From Azolla caroliniana (lineage: Eukaryota; Plantae; Polypodiophyta), in assembly GCA_043228905.1 (NCBI GenBank), contig JBHGNT010000020.1, positions 9,486,001 to 9,550,000 on the forward strand: a stretch of DNA of 64,000 nt. The letters run 5' to 3'. A program made the position numbers and the translations under genes. Below, one piece after another: positions 12,271-23,400 of the stretch. How positions within the stretch are numbered: position 1 is the first letter of the stretch; every line of letters starts with the position of its first letter. The notes beneath the pieces are model-generated. The model had not been told where the DNA came from. It searched no databases and saw nothing but the letters and a program-made list of their open reading frames with translations.

Positions 12271-15088
12271 TGTCATAGTGTATTTTGTACACTACGTGAA
12301 AAAGTAAAAATAATATAACCGATTTAATTACATATAAATAAATAAAATAAGAATATCAAAATATTTATCACGTGCATAGGGCAAGATTCAAACCCTGTAC
12401 CTCCATGTAGCCAAACCTCAACTTTACCATTATGCTACCTTATCTTTAGTGTTCTACAAATAGATTTAATAACTATAAGTGCTTTATTTGCGCCTACCTT
12501 TATTAAAAGGTAAATCATGCATTTTTAGAGTGCGTGAATATTTTATAGAAAAACGCAAGTAACTAAAAAGTGACTCATGCACATCTAGCGTGCATGAGCA
12601 CTATATTTAGCAAATAAAAGCAAGGATTAGAAAAGCATCACATGCACATTTAGTGTGCATGAACATATTAGAAAAAAAGAAGCATGTAGCTATGCTTAGT
12701 CTCTCCCATCACTACATAAGGATGGGGAGCACAATGTAATAGGTGTGTGAAATATTTGGAAATTGGATATATTTCCGAAAACACCAACCAATTAATATAA
12801 TCATGGGATTCACGAAAATAATATAATCTATACTTGTGGGATTCACAAGTTTCTTATATCTTTCTTTCAATCTAAATACATATTCTTATCTAAATATTGA
12901 TTAATCGAATACAATACACTCGTGGGATTCACGAAATTTCTATCTCTCTTTCTAATAATCTATTCATTACTAGCCTCATCTCATATTCTTCTTTCTCCTA
13001 GTCCAAAACCTCAGTGGTTCCCACCCGACTCACACAACGATCCGGCGCCAAAAGGCACGATAGCGCAGGACTAGAAGAACTGACAAGGATGGTGCGCGAC
13101 CTCCAGATCGCCCATGCCCGGCGAAGCGACGAGGGTCAGCCGCGCGACTGACGACCGTTGGCCAATCAGAGGTGATATGGTGCGATGCCACCAAGCATTC
13201 CCGGAGATATTGCGCTGACCTCGGTGAAGCGCTTAGAAGTAATGTAGTCTATCTCTCGAATGGCAAGATACATGCGAGCGACACGCGAAGATTGCTTAAC
13301 GCGAATTTCGGACGAGGTGGCATGACGAGGCTAATGGAAGAAGCCGCGGCACGGCACGTCGAAGCCATCCACTACTCGGCTTCGGCCAACATCCGCGTAG
13401 GCAAGAGGGCAGCCAAACCCGATTCAAACCCTGGGTTCTGGTCGGTTGTTCTCGAGACCTTGTCTGGAGGAAGGTTGCAGAAGGGAGAGGCGGAGCGCGC
13501 GCAGGAGCGTGTGCGCGAAGTTACCAGCTGGAGTGACCCCGTTGAGGAGAGCACCGACTTTCTGGATGCCGCCTGCAGGAACTACGAGGCCCTGATCGAC
13601 GAAAGGCGAGCGAGGAAAACCGGAGGAGCGGGCCCTTTGGGGAGGTATGACCCCCGAAGCACGCCGAAAGGGCATGAGGCCACTCCAACCAGGTCCCAGG
13701 ATAAGGAGAAGGGCAAGACTCCAAGCTTCCATTTAAGCACGGAAATCGAGAAAACAACGAACCTACAAAAGGTTCAACAGGAGCGAGTTCTCGACAGTCG
13801 CATAGAACTCATGCTTAGGGAAGTGCTTGGCATAGAGAGAAGGGAATTCCACGACAACATCATGGACCTTGTGAAGAGAAAGCGTCTCACGACGGAACCG
13901 GAGCCCGAGAAGCCGGTTGAAGTAAGGACGACACTCCACTACGACTACAGAAACCCCTGTTCGTATCGGGGACGTGAAGGAACCGGTGGTAGCATTAATT
14001 GACCATGGGTCGGAAATTAACCTGATGTCCATGGACTTCTACAAAAATGGGAATTGGCCGATCAACACCAAACACGGGTGGAAGATACGCGTGGCTACAA
14101 GAGCCACGGAAGAACTACATGGGGCTTGCCCGAACGTCAGGGTGAGCGTCGGAGACGTCGATATAAACCAACACTTTTTCGTGCAAGAGACGTCTTCCCA
14201 CCTGGTCATCCTCGACAAACCATACATCATGGCGGCAAGAATGGAGACAAAAGTGCTAGACAATGGTTCAGTCTATGCGAGGGTTAAAAGTCAAGACGAC
14301 CGTCACTCCGTCCAATTTTTGACCGTTCAGAAGAATCACGAGCGGAACCGGGACACCCTTGGAAATAATGATAGGGCGGATTTTTAGAAAGGGCTATCAA
14401 GGCATGGGGCCGCGATAGTCCGTATAGCCGGAAAATTCCCCACACCTGTAAAATAGGAAGGAAAGTTTTGTTCTCTGACAACGGGGGATGTACCATAGCC
14501 AGCATCAGTGGCCGAGAAAGAAAACGGGCCGAGATACGCTTAAAGGCGTGCGGAGCCTTGAGTCACGACGAAGGAATTGGGGAAGTCGTGGAGGCGGTCT
14601 TGTTCGATGACACCCTTTGAGAAATTGGGAAGGTAGTTGAAGGAGGCCTAAGCGAAGACCGAGTCATACCAGTCAACTCGGTCAACATGTATGAAGTCAT
14701 TGCGGACATCGAAAGAAAAACCCGGGCGCATCGGACCGCCCGAGTAGACACCAAGTACAAGACTGTGGACCGGAAAGTGAAGCCCGTCGCGGCTCCCTTA
14801 CAGGAGGGCAGCTGGGAACGAATAAAGGGGGTCTTTACAGACCCGAGCTTGCGAGATCCGGCCGGCATAGGACACCGTTTCACCGACAAAACGCTACGAG
14901 AATTGAAGATTGGTAAGGGTGGCTTCCTACTGCCGATGGAAGAGGACCGGTTCAGAAGGATGCTCGAGAGGCATGTGAAAGCCTTCACATTCTCGCCGAG
15001 AGAGATCTAGTGCGTCGACCCGACCACTGTCGAACCAATGGTGATCTTTACCATGTCGCACGTCTGATGGAGCCTCAAACCGATTCAA

Positions 15089-16921
15089 GTGCCAAGAGCT
15101 CACATGCCCATGTTGATGGAGCTTCTTAAGCAGAAGGTGGAGCTGGGCATCCTCGAACCATCGAGTGCCCCTTACTCTAACCGGTGGTTTACGGTACCAA
15201 AGAAGAACGGTACGTTGCGCTTCATCCAGGACTTACAATCGGTCAACAAGGTGACCATCCGCAATACGGGAGTTGGGCCGTTGATCGATGAGTTCGCGGA
15301 AGCCTTCGCCGGAAGGTCCATATACTCGGTCGGAGACCTTTACTCGGGGTACGACCAGTTCCAGCTGGCCGTGGAAAGCAGGGAAATCACAACAATGCGA
15401 ACCCCTCTCGGCCTAGTTCAAATGTGTACCCTACCACAGGGAGGGACCAACTTGGTGGCACACATGGTAAATGCAATGAACAGAGTCTTGCGGGACTGTA
15501 TTCCAAACATCACCATGCCTTTCCTGGACGACATCCCTACCAAGGGGTGTCCGGAGGGGTGCCGAAGGTTTGTCACCGACCATATCTCCGACTGCGAGAA
15601 AATACTACAGAGGCTCGAAGGTGCGCGGCTTACCTTCTCAGGAGAAAAGTTGACCTTCGGACAGCCAGAGATCTTAGTGGTGGGCCATCTATGTGGGTCG
15701 TACGGACGGAAGCCATCGCTGATCAAGGTAGAGGCCATTTCGGCAATGGAGGAGTGTGAATCCGTCATAGAGGTTCGACGATTCTTAGGAGCATGTGCCT
15801 TTTACCACATATGGATCCCTCATTATGCGCACGTCGCCGAACCACTCTATGGCTTGCTAAAAAAGAGCAGGAAATTCGAATGGACAAAGGAACATACCGA
15901 GGCGGTCCAGAGGCTAAAACGAATGCTCAGCACAGCACCAGCTTTACGCAAAGTAGAATACGCACCGAGAACTCCAGTCTACATCACGGTGGACACCAGC
16001 CCGACCGGGATTAGATGGGTCGTAAATGAAGAGGACGAAGATGGCATGCGTTTCCCTATCCGGTTTGGTGCGAAGGTACTGAGCGAGCGACAACGAGGAT
16101 ATGCCCAAGTCAAGCGCGAGCTATGGGGCATCGTTTCAGCGGTTAAGGTCAACAAAGATTATCTAATCGGGACAGAAGTGATTATAGAAACGGATTGCCT
16201 GCCGATTCTCGGTATGGTCTCCGGATGCGCAACTCCCGACCTGGCCATGCTTAGGTGGATTGTGTACATCAAGTCCCTGAACCCAGAGATACAACACATC
16301 TTGGGTAAAGACAACGCCATGGCCGATATGCTTTTCAGAGCAAGGTTCGAGGACGAGGACGATATGGTATCGGAGAATGAAGAAGTCGGCACGGACTTCT
16401 TCGAATCGGCAAGGATGAGGATAAAAGGTAGAAGCGCTCCACCCCTGAACGAGTTCGACGAAGACGACTATGACGGGGAGTGGCTTCTAATCGGAAGGTT
16501 TCTAAAAACAATGACGGGGGACCCCACGATGACTAGGAAGGAGGCGGGACAGCTCCGAAAAAGGGCATACCGGTACTTCTTACGGAATGGGAAAATCTTG
16601 AGGGACCCAAAAAGGAGAAATGACGCGCCGCTCCGGGTAATAACGCGGGCGGATGATCAAGAGAAGCTAATATCGGAGTTCCACGAAAGCCCTTGGTCTA
16701 GACACCGGGGTACGTGGGCCACATTCAAGAAGATAAAGGAAAAATACTGGTGGCCAAGTATGTATAAGAGCGTGCACGACTTCGTGTCCACGTGCGAAAG
16801 CTGCCAGATGCACTCGGTCGTTCGACACCGTGATGAGCTGCACCCAACCTACCCCCCGACTGTGCACTTCAAATGGATGGTAGACTTAGTAACCATGCCG
16901 ATGGGAGAGGGTCAGAAGTGA
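15089..16921 (+). pseudogene. Gypsy D pol (RT, RNase H, integrase Zn finger)
   Basis: PKKNGTLRFIQD, DLYSGYDQ, FLDD, VRRFLG, YAQVKRELWGI, H..H..CESC; PR-RT-RH-INT order. Confidence 0.9.
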
Positions 16922-19013
16922 TACCTGGTGCTAGCTAGAGAAGACCTAACGAACCAGGCAGAGGGCCGAGCACTAACGAATAAGACCACCGCGGAAGTAT
17001 GTAAGTTTCTGATAGAAGATGTCATATGCTGATACGGGTGCGTCGGAAAAATTGTAGCTGACCGAGGAGAGCTAGATGCGGAAGAGGCCGAAGAATTGTT
17101 CGATTGGCTAGGCGTAAAACTGTTCCTCACAACAGCGTACAACCTAGAGGCAAATGGAAAGATAGAGCGAGGCCACAGTCCGATCGTAAAGGCCATTGTA
17201 TGCGCGTGCGAAGGGCGAGTCGGCGACTGGCCAAGGTTGCTCCCTTACATGCTATGGGCGGACCGGACTACCCATAGTTCGGTGATAGGGTACATGCCGG
17301 CGAAACATATCTGTCTACGCTTGTGTCTACGCACGTTCCTCTTACACTATCTCTCTTGTTTTGCTAATCTTTCTGTTTAAACCACGGTACGGTCTCAGGG
17401 CCTACGTAAACCACAAACTCTTCCTCCTCACTTCTTGATTCCTTGGTTCAAGACCCTCGTGGTCCTGCCCAACTTCTACGCATCTGCGAGGATTTCCTCG
17501 ACAACGTGGCCTATCCGCTTGTGCCGCAAGTCAATATCCGAATCGACTCTTTGTCCTTTTGCGAACATTGCGGTGCCAACGTCATTGGTGTTGAGGATAA
17601 ACCACCTCCCATCTCTGCGCCCATGCTCAATAAGTTGGCCTTCCTCCTCGATGAAGCACCCGAGATGCGTGAACCGGACTTGCATCCCCTGGTTGACGAT
17701 CTGGCGGACCGACACCAGATTCTTCGTGATTGTCGAGACGTGTAACACGTTCATGAGATTCCCTTTTTGCCCGACATGGCTCAGGGGAACTTCACCGACA
17801 TTCTCGATCGGATGCGGAGTGTCGTCTCCTGTTGCAACTACTCCCGGTTGCATCGGTTTCTCAAGGTATGAGAACCACTCCTTATGGCTCGTCATGTGGT
17901 TTGACGCGCCAGAGTCAATGTACCACACCTCATCCGATTTCGGGGTGGTCTTCTTCATCGAGTTCGCTTCGTGTCTCGCCACGAAGGCTGCCCCCTTTCC
18001 GACTTTTTCGGATCCTTCGGTGTAGTGCAATCGCTACCGATTTCCTTTGTTGGTTTGTCCGGATCCGGATCCGGTCTTCTCTGAATCGGCGCACGTCTTC
18101 CAGCACTCACTCTCCTTGTGGCCTTTGTTGCCACATTACCAACATTCCATGATGGATTTCCCTTGCCGATTCTCGTTGCCTCAACTCCCCTTGTTTCCGG
18201 TGGGTCCGGAATTGCTGTCGGCATCACTTCGGTGCCTTCTTCCTTGATCCTGTCAGCTGCTTCCATTGCACACCGACTCGCCTTGTCCGCCATGACCACG
18301 GGGCCTATCTCCCTCCGTGTACAACATCTTGCTATCGGTGTGCGTGCTCGTCGACGCACCCACGTGGTTCTCCTCTATAAGGAGCATCAAATGTAGGTCG
18401 AAAAATGACGACGTATTCTCCCGTGTGCACACAACAGTTCGGAACGCTCTGAAGTTCAACGCTAGTTCCCCGAGACAGATCTGCACCATCTCACCTTCCT
18501 CGATGTTCACATCGATGGAGGCTAAGGAGTCGCATATCTCTTTGATCTTCGAGGTGTAATCAACCACAGACAAATCGTGTTGTCACAAATTGCTCAACTC
18601 CTGTCGGAGTTGGAGCTTTCTGGCTGTGGTGGTTGTGGCGAAAATCTTTTTCAGATTTCCCCAAGCATCCTTCGGCGTTTTTGCATCCCGAATATAGCTC
18701 AGAAGTTGTTCGCCCGCACAAGACGCGAAGCAGTAGAGAACTCTGCTCACCGACTGTTCCCAAGCTGGGAAGTCTTTGTGTGTCGAATCGGGTGCCGTGT
18801 CATGTGCTCTATCCATGCCCGAGCAGGTACTGGTGCATCTTGTACGACGAAGACGCGTAGTTGTTTCTGTCGAGCTTCTCGGTCAGAAGCGAGCTAGCCA
18901 TGCCTCTATCCATTTTGTTTTCCTTGTTCTTTACGAATGTTAGGTTTTCTTCTCGAGCCAAGGCCATTTTGTATTAGAGCGCGAGGGTTCTCAACCCTCG
19001 CGCTCTAATACCA

Positions 19014-19435
19014 TGTAAAAACAAAGGTGCGGAAGCAACAGAAAACCGAACGTAGGAAAACACAGGTCTAATGGAGAGCTTAAACACACAGTACGTGGGA
19101 GAGACAGAGAGAGAGAGACGATACACACAACTCTATTTCAAAAATAATACTCAGTCTGTACATAGAATGTGCTCCGAGAGCAATTTTATACAAGTCCATA
19201 CGGACTGACAGAAGTACTGACACGTACTTCAATGCTCATAACTGAGCTCTACACTAACTCCCAAAATGTATTCCTACGCGGAATATCTTCCCAACGGCCT
19301 CGGGGTTTACGCACCACTATGGCTTCTTGTTGCGCACCGGTTTATGCACCGGTCCAGCCTAACCAATCGGTATCAACTGATCCGGTTCTCGGCTTGCACA
19401 GCCGATCCGGCCAATGTTGAGCTTGTATCTCAACA
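19014..19435 (-). repeat. 5' LTR of Copia C
   Basis: High similarity to 4098-4521; adjacent to PBS. Confidence 0.95.
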
Positions 19436-19999
19436 ATTATGTTGAGCTTGATTCACAACAAGTATAATGCTAACGACTTTGTCAATTGCTATAAAGCTCG
19501 AATCAAAGTGAAAGGATACAGAGCCGACTGATGATCGATCTTAGGATTCGTGTTCTCTCTCGAAAGGGGAGCCATCTCTTGGAGCAACAAGAAGCAACCG
19601 ACCGTCGCACTTTCGAGCACATAGGCCGAATACAAGGGCGTGGTTATGGTTGCATGTGAAGCTGTTTGGTTGAAGAGAATATTTAAGGATCTGGGCATTC
19701 CCATCAAGGATCTGATTCCCCTTTATTGCGACAACATGAGTAGTATTCATCTGGCTCAAAACCTGGTGTTCCACTCGTGCACGAAGCATATCGAAGTGCA
19801 CTATCACTTCATCTGAGAGCGCGTTCAGGCTAGACATCAACACGAATATTCAGACAACCGACATCTTCACCAATGCCCTAGAAGCTGACAAGCTTCGGCA
19901 ATTCATGTTAGACCTTGGATGGACGATCCCTGACTTGCCAAGCTTGAGGGGGAGTACATACAAGAGAGAACCAGATACCAGCCAAAGCAAACATTGTCA

Positions 20000-20071
20000 T
20001 GATATGGCAAGACTCGAACCCATGACCTTATACTACATGGGTCGAGCTCTTGACCATTAGACTATACATTG
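20000..20071 (-). promoter_or_regulatory. tRNA-like Pol III type-2 promoter cassette at the start of the chromovirus LTR (copy at 25223-25294)
   Basis: Minus strand A-box TAGTCTAATGG (20064-20054), B-box GGTTCGAGTC (20020-20011), 45-nt T8-G53 spacing. Confidence 0.6.
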
Positions 20072-20178
20072 TAATACATAGAATATTATTTTCATTTATG
20101 TTTTATTATAGAAAATTGATGTATATTCCAGATTTCTCTAGAACATTCTAGAAACTTCAGGAGTATTCCTTAGAACAC

Positions 20179-20444
20179 TATAAAAGGAGGCACAAGGCAT
20201 TATTTCGAACCAAATCGGTTCAACGCCAGTCTTAAGCCTCCTAGCTACTGTACATTTTCTTCACATAATATATATCTTTTCTTATCATCACACACACTCT
20301 CTCTCTCTCTCGATCTCTCTCTCCCTCCTTCTCACTCACTCTTTCCTTCTCTCGAGAGTTCTTCACCTCTCTTAGTACTAATACTTCTTTTAGTACTAAT
20401 TCCTTCTCTGTCTTAGTACTATTCCTGACAGTTTGAACCGATTT
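20179..20444 (+). promoter_or_regulatory. TATA box, predicted transcript start and self-priming PBS of the chromovirus
   Basis: tataaaa 20179-20185; aaatcggttcaa 20212-20223 is the exact reverse complement of ttgaaccgattt 20433-20444; no TGG tRNA PBS. Confidence 0.8.
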
Positions 20445-23400
20445 TGCTACCTTGTGTCTCTCTCATTTCCTACTAATCTCTTATTCCTCTTTTCTTTCAT
20501 CCCATGGCCACTGTTAGCGCTGAAGAATATCAATCTGTTTTCTCGGAATTTCAATGCTTGAAAGAGAAGTTCCATGCTTTGGAACAAGAAAACCAACGGT
20601 TGCTGGGGGATCTTCAGCAAATCTCCTTAAAAAAGCAGCAAACGCAACAGCATGGGGAACTTACGTTACGCGTGCAACAACTCGAAGCAACCATCGTAGC
20701 GATGCAACAACAAGGGCCCGGAACGCAAGGGATTCATAAAGAACCCAAGATTGGCCTTCCCACGAAGTTCGATGGAACGCGATCGCAGTTTAGAGGGTTT
20801 CTTAACTAGGTACGATTAGGTATTCAAATGCATCCTTCCCGGTATCCCATCGATGCATCACGAGTGGGTTTAGTAGGCACTTTGTTACGTGGCTCAACGT
20901 TGGCATGGTTCGCTCCACTATTAGAAAAGGAATCCCCGTTACTCAACAATTTTGAAGAGTTTCTCCGTGAGTTTAAAGCATGTTTCGGAGATACTGACAG
21001 CATCAGGACCGCAATCAACAAAATTCGGCGATTACGCCAAGGTGACCGTCCAGCCTCCGCATATGCTGTAGATTTTCGCCTACTCGCCGCCGATATCCCT
21101 TGGGATGATCAAGTGTTGATGGAGCAATTCCGTTATGGTTTATGTAACAACGTCAAGGATTTACTCTTGACCTTCCCCGAAGAGCCAAAGTCCTTAACAG
21201 AAGCAATCAGTCACGCGGTGAGATTTGACAACTGCCTCTTTGAGCGACGTTCGGAACGACAACTACAGATGTCGAGGGCAAGATTAGAGCCCACCTACGC
21301 CTCAGTGGTAGCAAGACCTTTTCCAAGGGAGTCATATAATGCGCCTCCAGCGAATACTCTGACTCCGATGGAGATTGACACTACACGTCGTCGAGGGCCA
21401 TTATCCGAAGAAGAAAAGCAGCGACGCCGTACAAATCGACTATGTCTTTACTGCGGTGGACCAGGACATATTACAATAAATTGCCCCCATAGGCCAAGAA
21501 GACATGTAAACCAAATAGTCGCTAGTTCTAATTGTACTAAACCCGAGCCTATTTCAGTAGGGATATCTGATAGTCCTAATAGTACTAATAGCCCAAATCT
21601 AGAAAACAGATTTGATGTCCTTAGTTAGTTAGAAGAAGAGTTAAACGACTAAGTCCAGCCAAAATAGGAGCCGTTTGGTTGGACAACCCTAGATCTGTGT
21701 AGCCCATTAGTGGTTCCATTCCCTCTAAGCAAGTTAGTGATGTGTTCGTAGCCCAAGTAATAGTTAGTACTAAAAGTACCCCTCCAGTACATGTCCTAGC
21801 ACTCCTAGATTCCGGAGCTAACTCTTGCTTTATGGATAAGAAATTTGCTCAAGCTCATAAGATATCCCTAAGAAAACTCCAGTGTCCAGCCTCTGTAGTA
21901 GTCATTGATCCGGAAATATCATAGAAGAGTCAGAGCCCATTAATATTGTCCTAGATAACTTAGCATGTGTAGTATCATTTAATATTATTAGTATCCCAGA
22001 ACATCCCATACTTTTAGGATTACCATGGTTCGAGTTACATAACCCAGACATAGATTGGAGAACAAGAGAAATCCGGTGTCGACAAACCCAAGGGTCAACT
22101 TAGAAAATGGCAACCATTTCGCTACGTCAGTTGCGTAAAGAAGGGCACAAGGAGGAAATGTTCCTCTTTGCAATATCAGTAAACCCCTCCAGCACCACTA
22201 AAGAAGGATCCACCGTTCAACTTCCTGAGAAGTATTGTCATTACGCCGATGTGTTCGATAAAGTACAAGCCAACACACTTCCTCATCATCGACCGTACGA
22301 TTGCCCCATCGATTTACAACCAGCAAAAGAGCCGCCATGGGGACCGATCTACAATTTGTCACCAACCAAGCTGGAAGTCCTTCGGGCCTATATAGAGGAG
22401 AATTTGGAAAATGGTTTCATCCGGCATTCGAAATCTCCAGCCGGCGCGCCCATTTTCTTCGTCAAGAAAAAGGATGGATCGCTTCGTCTTGTTGTAGATT
22501 ACCGTGGCCTGAATAAGGTTACAATCAGGAATAGGTATGCTCTTCCCCTTATCTCAAGTCTTTTAGAACGGATCAATGGTGCCAAGTTCTTCATGAAGAT
22601 TGACTTACGGGGAGCATATAACCTCGTACGGATCCGACCAGGAGACGAATGGAAGACCGCGTTTCGCACCAGATATGGGCACTTCGAGTATACGGTCATG
22701 CCGTTCGGCCTCACTAATGCACCGACAGTCTTCCAACACATGGCTAATGATATATTCCGAGATCTATTGGATGATTGTTTGATCATCTATTTGGATGATC
22801 TACTGGTTTATTCAAAGGCCCAAGAAGAACATGATTCTCATGTACTATTAGTACTAAAACGACTTTGAGAACATGGTCTGTATGCAAAGCTGGAAAAATG
22901 TAGTTTCGGGTGCAACCAAGTGGAATTTCTCAGCTACATCATTTCGTCAAAAGGCATCTCCATGGACCCAGCTAAGGTCAAAACGGTGGTAGAATGGCAG
23001 ACTCCACGTTCGGTGCGGGATGTGCAATGCTTCCTAGGCTTTGCCAATTTTTACCGGAAGTTCATACAAGATTACTCAAAGATCGTTCTACCTCTCACAC
23101 AACTTACCAGGAAGGGACAACCGTTCATTTGGTCTGAAGAAACGGACGTGGATTTCAAAAGTCTTAAAAAGGCATTTACATCGGCTCCAATTCTAGCTCA
23201 TGTCGATCCGGAAAAACCATTTATTATCGAAGCTGACGCATCGGATTTTGCATTGGGGAGCATTCTGTCACAACAGGGGAATGATGAGAAGCTACATCCT
23301 ATGGCTTTTCACTCACGCAAGTTTGATGCCGCCGAAATCAACTACGAAATTCATGATAAGGAGCTATTGGCAATAGTGGATTCTTTTATGCAATGGAGGC

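Larger units (their letters stand above)
9431..13062 (+). mobile_element. Non-autonomous gag-only LTR retrotransposon E1 (3.6 kb), tRNA-Trp PBS, 4-bp TSD
   Basis: 792-bp LTRs 9431-10222 and 12271-13062 (~9 transitions by eye); PBS 10227-10244; PPT ggagggggcgag 12259-12270; TSD gcgt/gcgc; no PR/RT/RH/INT. Confidence 0.95.
7879..17503 (+). mobile_element. Ty3/Gypsy element D, tRNA-Trp primed, 4-bp TSD (no chromodomain visible; integrase end deleted); degenerate gag-PR / RT-RH-INT
   Basis: 5' LTR TGTCGTG...CTCGACA 7879-8630; PBS TGGTGAACCCGACGTGAA 8635-8652 complements the plant tRNA-Trp 3' end; TSD acgt 7875-7878/17504-17507; gag from ATG 8674; protease ALIDHGSEIN; RT PFLDD, RNase H TVDTSP, integrase HHCC; 3' LTR remnant 17306-17503 matches 8438-8630. 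Confidence 0.93.
4098..19435 (-). mobile_element. Ty1/Copia element C (both LTRs present, degenerate gag-pol), interrupted by Gypsy D
   Basis: LTRs 4098-4521 and 19014-19435; TSD attat 4093-4097/19436-19440; PBS tggtattagagcg (tRNA-iMet type) 19001-19013; PPT 4522-4533; gag 18816-18253, protease WYIDSGASNHMT ~17900, integrase 7070-7878, RT/RNase H 4591-6560. Confidence 0.95.
3654..19460 (-). mobile_element. Solo Copia LTR B (3654-4097 + 19441-19460), same LTR family as host H, split by insertion of element C
   Basis: TGTAAAG...CACAACA termini, 5-bp TSD agtat at 3649-3653 and 19461-19465; similar to reverse complement of LTRs at 25710 and 39115 and to LTRs at 40038 and 48996. Confidence 0.88.
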
